A stretch of 64,000 bases of DNA from an uncultured Chloroflexia bacterium (GCA_963813705.1 CAWFAH010000011.1:326341-390340); one strand, 5' to 3'; numbered from the stretch's first letter, positions 36,529 to 44,803 are shown. Notes: generated by a model not told the origin, from the letters alone. Program-made: numbers and translations.

Positions 36529-37206
36529 GTGGTCGACATCCTCGCCGTCATCCCGGCCTACGAGGAGGCGCCCCGGATCGGCGACGTCGTTCGCGGCGCC
36601 CGGGTCCACCTGCCGGTCCTCGTCGTCGACGACGGCTCGAGCGATGACACCGCGGCGCAAGCCGAGGCGGCGGGTGCGACGGTCATCGTCCAGCGCCCCA
36701 ACCGGGGCAAGGGGGCGGCCCTGCGCCTGGGGTTCGCCCGGGCACTCGAGCTCGGCGGCGCGGCCGTCGTCACCCTCGACGCAGACGGGCAGCACGACCC
36801 GGCCGAGATCCCGGTCTTCGTCGCGACCTTCCGCGCGACGTCCGCGGACCTCGTCATCGGACGACGGGACTTTGGGCGGATGCCCCTCGTCCGGCGCCTG
36901 AGCAACCGGCTCGGCGGGCTGGCGATCTCGTGGGCGGTCGGCCGGCCGATCCCGGACAACCAGTCGGGCTATCGGTTGCTGAGCCGCCGGCTGATCGAGG
37001 CGATCGCGGTCAGCGACGAGTCGGGCTTCGAGTACGAGATCGAGATGATCACGACCTGCATCCGGGCCGGCTATCGGCTCGAGTGGGTCCCGATCCGGAC
37101 GATCTACGCCGGCGAGCCGAGCCACATCCGGCCGTGGAGCCACCTCCGGAGCTTCGTCCGGATGGTCCGGACGACCCGTCGGACGATGCGCCGGCCGCTC
37201 GCCTGA
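36529..37206 (+). CDS. Family-2 glycosyltransferase (polyprenyl-phosphate sugar synthase-like)
   Basis: AVIPAYEEAPRIGDVV, VVDDGSSDDT, TLDADGQHDP, PDNQSGYRLL. GTG start. Confidence 0.85.
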   Translation: MVDILAVIPAYEEAPRIGDVVRGARVHLPVLVVDDGSSDDTAAQAEAAGATVIVQRPNRGKGAALRLGFARALELGGAAVVTLDADGQHDPAEIPVFVATFRATSADLVIGRRDFGRMPLVRRLSNRLGGLAISWAVGRPIPDNQSGYRLLSRRLIEAIAVSDESGFEYEIEMITTCIRAGYRLEWVPIRTIYAGEPSHIRPWSHLRSFVRMVRTTRRTMRRPLA

Positions 37207-37228
37207 GCCGGCGTTCCAGCGCGCTCGC

Positions 37229-37720
37229 TCAGGCCCGGGCGGCCCCGGGCCGGCCCCAGCGCTCGAGCTCGCGATCGAGGTCGAGCGGCAGGATGGCACC
37301 CTGGTGCTCGTACTCGCCCCACGCCTCGCGCGGCACCCGCCACATGATCTCGAACTCGTTGCCGTCGGGATCCCGTCCGTAGAGCGACTTCGAGACCCCA
37401 TGGTCGCTCGCCCCGGTCAGGGCCGCAGCCTCGGACAGCACCCCGGCTGCCGCGACCAGGTCGTCGATCGTCGGCACCTCCCAGGCGAGGTGGTAGAGGC
37501 CGACCGATCCGCGCGGCGCGTTCGGCGCGGCCGGTCCGACCGAGAACAGGCCGAGGTCGTGGTGGTTCTCGCCACCGGCCGCGCGCATGAACACCGCGCG
37601 GCCGCCCATCTCCGTCCCGACGACCTCGAAGCCGAACACCCGGCGATAGAACTCCCCGGCCGCCGCGGCGTCGCGGACCCACAGGACGGCGTGGTTGAGG
37701 CGGGCCACCGGGATGCTCAT
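37229..37720 (-). CDS. VOC family protein (extradiol dioxygenase/glyoxalase-like)
   Basis: RLNHAVLWVRDAAAAGEFYRRVFGFEVV...LYHLAWEV...SLYGRDPDGNEFEIMW. Confidence 0.8.
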   Translation of the reverse strand: MSIPVARLNHAVLWVRDAAAAGEFYRRVFGFEVVGTEMGGRAVFMRAAGGENHHDLGLFSVGPAAPNAPRGSVGLYHLAWEVPTIDDLVAAAGVLSEAAALTGASDHGVSKSLYGRDPDGNEFEIMWRVPREAWGEYEHQGAILPLDLDRELERWGRPGAARA

Positions 37721-37823
37721 CGGTCATGCTCCAGACGCATCGCTGCCGCCCGAGCCACCCCCGGCGGACCGGGTCGAGGATACCCGGTCATCGGCGACGG
37801 GTCGCCCGGCGCCGGGCATGACA

Positions 37824-37853
37824 GAGGGGGCGCGCCTGACGGCGCGCCCCCTC
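37824..37853. terminator. Perfect 13-bp stem / 4-nt loop hairpin ending the Tad-like gene string
   Basis: GAGGGGGCGCGCC-TGAC-GGCGCGCCCCCTC, 50 nt downstream of the stop at 37903. Confidence 0.6.
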
Positions 37854-37902
37854 CGGGTCTCGGGGACCCGAGGTCCGGGCTCCGGTCAGGAGCCGTCCGG
37901 GA

Positions 37903-38634
37903 CTACTCCCGGCGGTTCCGCCGGCGGGACCGGTTCGACGACGGGCTGAGCAGCCCGACCGCCACGGCGATCCCGAGGAGTGCGATGAGGACGATCGGCA
38001 GGCCGGAACCCGTCCCGCCGTCGGTGGAGCCGTCGATCGTGGCGGTCGGCGGCAAGGTCGTCTTGGGCGTCCCGGTCTCGGCCTCGACCTCACCCGTCGG
38101 CTTCTCCGTCGGGGTGGCTGTCGGCTCGGTCGGCGACGTGGCGGTCGCCGTCGGGGTGGGGGTCGGGGTCGGCGCGTCGGTCGGCGTCGCCGTCGGGGTG
38201 GGGGTCGGGGTGGGGGTCGGGGTCGGCGTCGCCGTCGGGGTGGGGGTCGGGTCCACGCAGGCGCCGATCTTCAGGTCGTACGTCCGGGTCCAGCCATGGC
38301 TGCCCGTCGGGTCGTCTCCCGCGTGGACGTCGACCGTCGCGCTGTGCGGCTGGGTCGGATCGCCAACGGAGTAGGTGTGGACGAAGCTCGATCCGAACGT
38401 GAACGGAGACCCGGCGATCGGGCTGCCGTCGATGCTGATGGCGACGGTGTTCGTGACTCCGCTGTTGTACTGGGTGAGGCTGACCTTGAGGCCCGAGCTG
38501 CAGGTCAGCGTCGCGTTGGGCACGTGGGCGGCGACCGTTCCGATGGTGAACGCCAGGATGATCAGTGAGCCGCCAACGGCCGAAGCGACCCGCCGGAGCA
38601 GATGGCGCTGCCGTCGATCCTTCGATGCGATCAT
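37903..38634 (-). CDS. Secreted T/P-rich surface protein with C-terminal TM + Arg-rich tail (sorting-signal-like)
   Basis: Preferred start is the ATG at 38634 (MIASKDRRQRHLLRRVASAVGGSLIILAFTIGTVAAHV, a signal peptide). ~110-aa globular part, (TP)n linker, then LPPTATIDGSTDGGTGSGLPIVLIALLGIAVAVGLLSPSSNRSRRRNRRE. Alternative in-frame starts at 38679 and 38790. Confidence 0.7.
   Translation of the reverse strand: MIASKDRRQRHLLRRVASAVGGSLIILAFTIGTVAAHVPNATLTCSSGLKVSLTQYNSGVTNTVAISIDGSPIAGSPFTFGSSFVHTYSVGDPTQPHSATVDVHAGDDPTGSHGWTRTYDLKIGACVDPTPTPTATPTPTPTPTPTPTATPTDAPTPTPTPTATATSPTEPTATPTEKPTGEVEAETGTPKTTLPPTATIDGSTDGGTGSGLPIVLIALLGIAVAVGLLSPSSNRSRRRNRRE
38104..38252. repeat. Tandem hexanucleotide (GGGGTS)n repeat encoding the (Thr-Pro)n linker
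   Basis: The plus strand reads ...gtcggggtgggggtcggggtcggcg...gtcggggtgggggtcggggtgggggtcggggtcggc... On the minus strand this translates as PTPTPTATPTPTPTPTPTPTATPTDAPTPTPTPTATAT. Confidence 0.8.
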
Positions 38635-38761
38635 CTCGATCCGATTCCCTTTCCTGTGCCGCGAGCGGCGAACGAGCATTGCGCCTGGACGGCCGGTCGT
38701 CGCGAACCTGGTGAGGATCGGAAGCGGCGCGGTCCCCGAGGAGGCGTCGGGGGACCCAAAT

Positions 38762-38814
38762 GGGTCATCCCTGCCTAGTACCTTAGTCATGGGACCTTAA
38801 CGGCGGACATTACA
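38762..38814 (-). promoter_or_regulatory. Copy A of a conserved AT-rich upstream element (GTAATG-22 nt-TAAGGT-ACTAG)
   Basis: Minus strand: GTAATGTCCGCCGTTAAGGTCCCATGACTAAGGTACTAGGCAGGGATGACCC. About 75% identical to copy B, with an identical 22-nt spacing between GTAATG and a TANNNT hexamer. Confidence 0.5.
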
Positions 38815-38986
38815 TCCGGCTCGATTTCGGCCCTGTTTGATTACCTTCTGTTGTCAGGACGCCACGGATCGATCAGAGCGGATTATTGCGGTCGAGAGCG
38901 GCCCGCATCGGTGTATTTCGGATGACAACGGTGGCGTGCCGTGCGGTCGGCCGCCGCGCGGGTCGCCGGCCCGGACCTGGACTGGA

Positions 38987-39017
38987 CGAAGCCCGCCGGG
39001 CGGTCCGACGGGCTTCG
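38987..39017. terminator. Hairpin after TadG-like gene 1 (CGAAGCCCG ... CGGGCTTCG)
   Basis: 9-bp stem (38987-38995 / 39009-39017), 40 nt downstream of the stop at 39057. The arm sequence is shared with the hairpins at 41629 and 41794. Confidence 0.45.
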
Positions 39018-39056
39018 CTGCTGGCGGCGGCGACCGGGTCGAGCCCGGACGCTCAG

Positions 39057-41399
39057 TCAGGGGACGATGAGATGGACCGGGTTGCCCCGGATGTCGACCT
39101 GCCAGGTCGTCAGGTCGGTGCTGTAGTCGGACGCCGAGCCCGTCCCCATCGTGTACCGAATCTTCCACCAGCCACGCTCGCTGGTCGTGCTGTCGGTCGA
39201 TGGGTGCGGGGCGCTGTAGGTGGGCGGCAGCTGGACCTCGATCGTCAGCCAGCAGCCGTTGTAGAGGCTGTTCCCGCCGGTGTTCGTGGTGATCGACGTC
39301 GCGCCCTTGACCGTGGCGCTGCTGCAGCTCGAGGCGGCGCCGTCGGACGTCCCGCGGGTCGCGTGGTAGTTGAACGCCACGGGCGTGTAGTCCGTCGCGC
39401 CGGGCTGGAGGATCTCGAGCCGCGCCGAGAGCTGCCCGGTGTCGCCCGGATCCCACAGGTTGATGACCATCGTCTTGCCGGCGTGCACCGCGTCGATCTG
39501 GGCGAGGTAGAACTCGGTCGACCGGCCGGCCGGCAACCGGACGTACGCCTCCATCGCGCCGATGCCGTAGACCCGGGGCGTGCCCCCGTTGGCACTGGCG
39601 TAGATCGCGAAGGCGTTGAGAGCGGTCGTGTTGTTCTGGTCGTTCGGGCTGCCCGGATCGGTCGACGAGGTGTGCAGCCGGTAGGTCGTCCCGTTCGCCC
39701 CGCCGGTCAGGCCGCTCGCCAGCTGGTACCAGCCGCGGCGTGGATTGCTCGGGCTGCCGCTCTGCCAGTTCTCGGCGTCGTAGTGCCAGGCCAGGTTGGA
39801 GCAGTCGCCGATCCCGTTCGTCGGGTTCTGGCCGGCGGCCGCGAAGATGCTTCGGTCCTCGTACGACAGGCGTCGGAACGTAGAGCCCGAGCTGGCGATG
39901 GGGTTCCCGTCGTCGGTCGAGTCGTACAGCGTGTTCTTCGTGTCGTAGAGGTCGTAGAACGCGCTCACCGGCTGGCGCGAGCTGTAGCCGTTGGATCCGC
40001 CGACGGTCCAGTTCTCACCGGTGCCGGCCGAGGTCGTCGAGTCGCAGAAGCCCGGATCGAAGACCCAGACCGAGCCGCCGCTCGACCCGGCGGGCATGTC
40101 GATCGCGTAGTTGTAATACGCGTCCGGCAGGTACTGCGCGTCGGGGTCGGTGTTGTCGACGTTGTTCGGCGCGAACCCGGAGCGCGACTCGTAGCGGGTC
40201 ATGTAGGCGTCGCCCTGGATGTTCGGGGCGCCCTGGCTCTGCATCGCGCCCCAGAAGTTCTGGGGTGCGAGCGGCTGGCCCTGCGGCCCGATCATGTCGA
40301 CGTCCTCGAGGTCAGTGGTCGTCGAGGTCGTGACGGTGTGGAACGTCACCCGCACCTCGAGCGTGTCGACGGCCGCGGTCCGGTTGCAGCCTGCGCCGCG
40401 GAGGTTGGTGATCCGGACCCGGAAGAGGTTGTCGGCGAAGTCGCCGCGGATCCAGGCATGCCCGCCCCAGGCCGCGGTCGAGGCCTGGCTGCCGAACGTC
40501 GTCTGGGTCTCGCTCGTGGTGAGGGTCAGCTGCTGGGCGGTGGACCAGGTCGGGCTGCCGACGTTCCCGTTCCAGGTGGTGTCGATCGACAGCCGGCAGT
40601 TCGTCGTCGTCCCGTTGGTGCCGGTCAGACCGGCACGGAGGCGGACCTCGAGCCCGTCGATGATGGCATTGCTCGGGATCCCGTTGTAGCCGAGGAGCGC
40701 GAAGTTGCCCCACAGCTGGGTCGCGTTGTTCGTGCCCGACGTCGCATACCGGTTGTCGTTGTTGCGGTCGGCGTTGTCGGCCTGGTTCCACGACCCGCTC
40801 AGGGCGTTGGCCGCGTCGTCCCAGCCGGTGTCGTCCTGCGGCCCCGAGGTCGTCTTCGTCGTCGACAGGGCGTCGCGCAGGAAGCCGACTCCGTAGTAGT
40901 TCTGCGGGCTGCCCATGGGCACGGGCAGGACGTACTCGGCCTTTGAGGTTCGCGTGGCCGTGATCGTCGGGATCCCGAAGATCCGCATGAAGTAGGTGTT
41001 GATCGGCGCCGAGATCGTCACGTTGAGGCGGCGCTTGTTGTTGGTGTCCTGGACGGGCGTCACCGTGACCCCGCCGTGGTGGTCGTCGTAGCCGTTCTTG
41101 GTCGCCTCGTCGCGGGCGACGCCATACGCGGTCGACGGGTCGCCGGGCAGCCAGACGACGCCGGCCAGGGCGGCAGCGTCGGCCGCGCGCTGGACGCGCA
41201 GGGTGTTCGCCCAGTACCAGCTGACGTCGACGACGATGGCGGTGATCCCGGTCAGGACGAAGATGCTGATGACGAACAGGACGAGCATCTGGCCGCGGGC
41301 CCGGGCGCCCGCGACCGACGGATGAGTTCGCTGGCAAAGCCGGCTCAAAGCCAATCCCCCTGCTTTCGTACGCGCACCGGGATGGGCCATTCGGGTCAT
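39057..41399 (-). CDS. Large TadG-like protein 1 (N-terminal Tad/TadE-type pseudopilin-like TM segment + >700-aa extracytoplasmic region of unknown fold)
   Basis: ARARGQMLVLFVISIFVLTGITAIVVDVSWYWANTLRVQRAADAAALAGV matches the TadG/Tad_N N-terminus. KAEYVLPVPMGSP follows. The paralogue at 41866..44202 is colinear over the full length and shares the C-terminal GNPVHLIVP. Confidence 0.75.
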   Translation of the reverse strand: MTRMAHPGARTKAGGLALSRLCQRTHPSVAGARARGQMLVLFVISIFVLTGITAIVVDVSWYWANTLRVQRAADAAALAGVVWLPGDPSTAYGVARDEATKNGYDDHHGGVTVTPVQDTNNKRRLNVTISAPINTYFMRIFGIPTITATRTSKAEYVLPVPMGSPQNYYGVGFLRDALSTTKTTSGPQDDTGWDDAANALSGSWNQADNADRNNDNRYATSGTNNATQLWGNFALLGYNGIPSNAIIDGLEVRLRAGLTGTNGTTTNCRLSIDTTWNGNVGSPTWSTAQQLTLTTSETQTTFGSQASTAAWGGHAWIRGDFADNLFRVRITNLRGAGCNRTAAVDTLEVRVTFHTVTTSTTTDLEDVDMIGPQGQPLAPQNFWGAMQSQGAPNIQGDAYMTRYESRSGFAPNNVDNTDPDAQYLPDAYYNYAIDMPAGSSGGSVWVFDPGFCDSTTSAGTGENWTVGGSNGYSSRQPVSAFYDLYDTKNTLYDSTDDGNPIASSGSTFRRLSYEDRSIFAAAGQNPTNGIGDCSNLAWHYDAENWQSGSPSNPRRGWYQLASGLTGGANGTTYRLHTSSTDPGSPNDQNNTTALNAFAIYASANGGTPRVYGIGAMEAYVRLPAGRSTEFYLAQIDAVHAGKTMVINLWDPGDTGQLSARLEILQPGATDYTPVAFNYHATRGTSDGAASSCSSATVKGATSITTNTGGNSLYNGCWLTIEVQLPPTYSAPHPSTDSTTSERGWWKIRYTMGTGSASDYSTDLTTWQVDIRGNPVHLIVP
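41146..41303. repeat. Near-identical 158-bp block shared with 43970-44127 (5' ends of the two TadG-like genes)
   Basis: 3 mismatches in 158 bp (41160, 41175, 41187). 41188-41303 is identical to 44012-44127 (116 bp). The flanks on both sides are clearly diverged. Confidence 0.85.
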
Positions 41400-41446
41400 T
41401 CCGGGACTAGTACGTTAGTCAGGGGATCATTTCGCCCGACATTACA
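41393..41446 (-). promoter_or_regulatory. Copy B of the conserved upstream element (GTAATG-22 nt-TAACGT-ACTAG), ending at the TadG-like 1 ATG
   Basis: Minus strand: GTAATGTCGGGCGAAATGATCCCCTGACTAACGTACTAGTCCCGGAATGACCC. The ATG at 41399 is 12 nt after the TANNNT hexamer, which predicts a near-leaderless mRNA. Confidence 0.5.
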
Positions 41447-41628
41447 GAAGGGCCTTCGGGCACCGTCCGGCCCACGTTGTGGTGCGCGCCGGCCCCGTGC
41501 CGGAGCGGTTTGCCGGGCTGCGGGGTGGACGGGGTTGCCGGGGTGCCTTGCGCCGGGGTCCTCGGGGCTCCGGTGGGCTCCGGCGCGGAGCGGTGGAGCG
41601 CCGTGGTCGCAGTCCGCCGGGGGGACAG

Positions 41629-41667
41629 CACGAAGCCCGCCGGGGCTGGGTTCCGGCGGGCTTCGTG
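41629..41667. terminator. Perfect 15-bp stem hairpin inside the 466-bp spacer between the TadG-like genes
   Basis: CACGAAGCCCGCCGG-GGCTGGGTT-CCGGCGGGCTTCGTG. Confidence 0.5.
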
Positions 41668-41793
41668 GTCGGGAGGGGCCGGGACCCGGGTCCCGACAGG
41701 GGTCAGCGTGCGATCTCGGATGCCCACGGTGCGGCGTCGACCTTTCGGACCGCTTTTCGAGGGTGCGCCGGGGCACCGCCAGGTCCGCGACAC

Positions 41794-41826
41794 GACGAAG
41801 CCGCCGGACGTGCCGGCGGCTTCGTC
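41794..41826. terminator. Perfect 14-bp stem / 5-nt loop hairpin 40 nt downstream of the TadG-like gene 2 stop
   Basis: GACGAAGCCGCCGG-ACGTG-CCGGCGGCTTCGTC. Confidence 0.6.
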
Positions 41827-41865
41827 AGAGTCCGTGTCTGGAGGGGCCGCCCGGCGGCCCGGTCG

Positions 41866-44202
41866 TCAGGGGACGATCAGGTGGACGGGGTTGCCCTTGA
41901 TCTGGACCTTCCAGGTCGTGACGTCGTTCGAGGTCCCCGACCCGGTCATGTTGTACTTGATCTTCCACCAGCCGCTCTGCTGGGCCGTGTAGCCGATCGG
42001 GATGACGACATCGATCGTCAGCCAGCAGCCGTTGAACTGCGAGGTGGGGTTGGCGGTCACGATCGAGCTGACCGCGCTCCCGCTCGCCCCGTTGCAGCTC
42101 GCCGTTCCCGAGGCCGACGTGCCGACGGCCGACGACCAGTCGATGGTCGTGGGCGTCCAGCCCGACGAGGTCGGGATCTCGATCTGGAGGTTGGCGCTGA
42201 GGGGGCTGGTGTCACCCGGATCCCAGAGCTTGATCTCCATCGTCTTGCCCGCGTGGACCGCCTCGATCTGGGCGAGGTAGAACTCGGAGAACGTCGACCC
42301 GCCCGATGCCGACAACGGGGTGAACATCTGCATCGCGCCCAGGCCATAGATCTTCGGCGTCCCGCCGCTCGCGCTGGCGTAGAGGGCGAAGCTGCTCTCG
42401 CCGTTCGTGTTGCGCTGCTGGGCCAGGTTGGACGGGTCGGTCGAGGTCGTGTGGAGCCGGTAGACCGTGCCGTTCGCACCGCCGCTGAGCCCGGTGTACA
42501 GCCGGTACCAGCGGTCGTGGTAGTCGCGCCCGTCGCCGTACTGCGTGGCGGTCGTGTACTTGCACTCCGAGCCGCCGCTGCCGCCCATCGACGTGTCCGA
42601 GGCGGAGATCTGCTTGAACAGCCCGCCCGAGCTCGCCAGCTGGGTGTCGTCGGTGATGTCGTAGAGGGTGTTCTGCGTGTTGTAGAGCTCGAACATCGAG
42701 GACACGCCGTTCGTCCCGCTGAACCAGCGGTCGCCGGTTCCCTTGCTGACCGAGACGGCGCAGAAGACGGGGTCGTAGACGTAGACGCTGCCGTTCGTCG
42801 TGCCGGGCGGCATCTCGACGGCGTAGTTGTAGTAGTTGTCCTCGTCGTAGCACGCCCGGTCGCCGGTGGCGGTGCTGCAGGCCGGAGCCGTCGCCGACGT
42901 CGGCGTGTCGTAGTACGGCTGGAAGGCGTCGCCGTTGATGTTCGCGGCCCCCTCGGTGTTCATCGTGGCCCAGAAGCCGCGCGGGTTGAGCGTGGCGCCG
43001 TCGGCCTCGTAGCAGCTGCCCTTGCCGGTGGTGCAGGCGCTGCCCGGGCCCTGGAGGTTCTGGTCGGGCAGCGTCGTGGTCGTCGTGATCGGCGTCGGGG
43101 TCGCGGTGTCGATCGTGTAGTAGACGCGGATCTCGAGCATGTCGAGTCGCAGCAACGTCCCGGCCGCGCACGACGAACCGCTCTTGAGCGCCGTCGTCCG
43201 GATTCGGATCGGGTCGGTCGCGCTCGTCAGGTCGCCGGGAACCCAGGCGTGGCCGCCCCAGGCCGCCAGCGAGGTGGCGCTGCCCAGCGTGTAGTCAGTG
43301 GTGTTGGTCGTCGTCAGCGTGCCAGTCTGAGTGGCCGTCGTCGTCCAACTCGTGCCTCCGTTCCACGACAGGGCGACCTGGATCCGGCTGCTGGCACAGC
43401 CCGACGCGGTCATGTAGGCATCGCTCAGCCGGACCTGGATGCCGTCGATCGAACTGACCGACTGGCTGCCGCTCAAGCTCGGTGGGAGCGCGAACGTTCC
43501 CCACTGCTGGACGGCGCCAGTCGTGTTCGTCTGGGCGTAGACGTTGTCCGTCGCGCTACCGACCGCGTTGACCAGCGTCCCGCTCGACGTCGACCACCCG
43601 GCCGCGCCCGGCGCTGCGGTGGGCACTTTCCAACCGGTGTCGTCGCTCGACGAGTTGTGGACGATCTGGATCGACGTGCTCGTCGACGTCAGCCCGCGGG
43701 TCAGCCCGAAGTTCCCGTAGTAGTTCTCCGGGCTGCCCATCGGCACCGGCAGGACGTATTCGGCCTTCGACTGGCGAGTCGCCTGGATCGACTGGATGCC
43801 GAAGATCTTCATGAAGAACGTGTTGACCGGGGCGCTGATCGTGACCCACAGGCGCCGGTTGTTGGACGGGTCCTTGACGCTTGTGATCGACACGCCGTTG
43901 ACACCGTCGGTGTAGCCGTTCTGGGTGGCGGTCGTGGCGGCGGTCGCGTAGGCGCTGCCCGGCGCACCCGGCAGCCAGACGACACCGGCCAGGGCGGCGG
44001 CGTCGGCCGCACGCTGGACGCGCAGGGTGTTCGCCCAGTACCAGCTGACGTCGACGACGATGGCGGTGATCCCGGTCAGGACGAAGATGCTGATGACGAA
44101 CAGGACGAGCATCTGGCCGCGGGCCCGAAGCCGTGAGCGGCCGTCCGCGACACGCCGCCTGGCGGCGCGGAGGGTGGTGGCCAGCTGGCCCAGGGGACCC
44201 AT
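41866..44202 (-). CDS. Large TadG-like protein 2 (paralogue of 39057..41399)
   Basis: RLRARGQMLVLFVISIFVLTGITAIVVDVSWYWANTLRVQRAADAAALAGVVWLPG is identical to paralogue 1 over this stretch. KAEYVLPVPMGSPENYYG. C-terminal WWKIKYNMTGSGTSNDVTTWKVQIKGNPVHLIVP. GGAG lies 9 nt upstream of the ATG at 44202, 13 nt after the TadE-like stop. Confidence 0.75.
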   Translation of the reverse strand: MGPLGQLATTLRAARRRVADGRSRLRARGQMLVLFVISIFVLTGITAIVVDVSWYWANTLRVQRAADAAALAGVVWLPGAPGSAYATAATTATQNGYTDGVNGVSITSVKDPSNNRRLWVTISAPVNTFFMKIFGIQSIQATRQSKAEYVLPVPMGSPENYYGNFGLTRGLTSTSTSIQIVHNSSSDDTGWKVPTAAPGAAGWSTSSGTLVNAVGSATDNVYAQTNTTGAVQQWGTFALPPSLSGSQSVSSIDGIQVRLSDAYMTASGCASSRIQVALSWNGGTSWTTTATQTGTLTTTNTTDYTLGSATSLAAWGGHAWVPGDLTSATDPIRIRTTALKSGSSCAAGTLLRLDMLEIRVYYTIDTATPTPITTTTTLPDQNLQGPGSACTTGKGSCYEADGATLNPRGFWATMNTEGAANINGDAFQPYYDTPTSATAPACSTATGDRACYDEDNYYNYAVEMPPGTTNGSVYVYDPVFCAVSVSKGTGDRWFSGTNGVSSMFELYNTQNTLYDITDDTQLASSGGLFKQISASDTSMGGSGGSECKYTTATQYGDGRDYHDRWYRLYTGLSGGANGTVYRLHTTSTDPSNLAQQRNTNGESSFALYASASGGTPKIYGLGAMQMFTPLSASGGSTFSEFYLAQIEAVHAGKTMEIKLWDPGDTSPLSANLQIEIPTSSGWTPTTIDWSSAVGTSASGTASCNGASGSAVSSIVTANPTSQFNGCWLTIDVVIPIGYTAQQSGWWKIKYNMTGSGTSNDVTTWKVQIKGNPVHLIVP
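43970..44127. repeat. Near-identical 158-bp block shared with 41146-41303
   Basis: See the partner feature. The offset between the copies is 2824 bp. Confidence 0.85.
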
Positions 44203-44215
44203 CGTGTCGTACTCC

Positions 44216-44803
44216 CTAGCTCGGGTTGAGGGCCATGACGGTCCGATCGGACATCTGGAAGGCCGGGGTGCCGGCCATGCCGAGGAAGATCCCGAGCGGG
44301 CTGATCAGCTTGTAGCTGTAGACGAGGCTCACCCCGATCGAATCGGGGCTCGCGCCGTTGTCGCGGCCGCAGGCGTTCCAGTTGACGGTGGTCGACTTGA
44401 AGATGAGGGGCACGCCGTCGACCGTCGGGCCGGCGCCCGGGATCCAGGTGTTGACGCTCGAGCCGACCTGGTTGCCATTCGCATCGGCCTTGTAGATCTT
44501 GACCGCGCTGATCCGGCTGATGACGACCGGCGAACCGGGGCTCGTCAGGACGCGCTGGACGCCGGCCACGATCTGGTCGTCGACCTGGGCGCACGGGACG
44601 TTGGTGGTCCCGGGCCCGAGGGCCGCGCCGACGCGGGCACCCTCACGGGTCGCGTACTCCAGGGTCAGGTTGTGGCTGAAGGCGAAGCCGAACTCGAGCA
44701 TTCCGAACAGGAGCATCACGAACACCGGCACGGAGACGGCGAACTCGACCAGCCCCTGGCCGCGACTGCCGGCCCGCCGGTCGGCGAAGCGGCGGCAGCT
44801 CAC
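44216..44803 (-). CDS. TadE-like pseudopilin protein 2
   Basis: N-terminus RAGSRGQGLVEFAVSVPVFVMLLFGMLEFGFAF carries the TadE family signature (G/Q-x-L-V-E-F plus a hydrophobic helix). 4-nt overlap with the upstream TadE-like gene. Confidence 0.75.
   Translation of the reverse strand: MSCRRFADRRAGSRGQGLVEFAVSVPVFVMLLFGMLEFGFAFSHNLTLEYATREGARVGAALGPGTTNVPCAQVDDQIVAGVQRVLTSPGSPVVISRISAVKIYKADANGNQVGSSVNTWIPGAGPTVDGVPLIFKSTTVNWNACGRDNGASPDSIGVSLVYSYKLISPLGIFLGMAGTPAFQMSDRTVMALNPS

Noticed and set aside
38104-38252. Short tandem repeats that could be mistaken for a CRISPR-like or VNTR locus
   Set aside because: The 6-bp period has no spacers and lies in-frame inside a CDS, where it encodes a (Thr-Pro)n linker.
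38635-38790. ATG at 38790 as the start of the anchored protein (ORF-track start)
   Set aside because: It would add 52 non-signal residues before a clear signal peptide. The ATG lies inside the conserved element, is CTG in copy B, and coincides with the putative -10.
41396-41793. 126-aa and 124-aa minus-strand ORFs in the spacer between the TadG-like genes
   Set aside because: They are Arg/Pro/Gly-rich, have no SD or credible start context, span two strong hairpins, and overlap the conserved upstream element. They are best treated as non-coding.
38886-44136. 686-aa and 885-aa plus-strand ORFs (38886..40946 and 41479..44136)
   Set aside because: They are antisense shadows of the two TadG-like genes. 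Their R/G/V/D-rich translations lack TM helices or motifs, whereas the minus-strand proteins are colinear paralogues with conserved termini.
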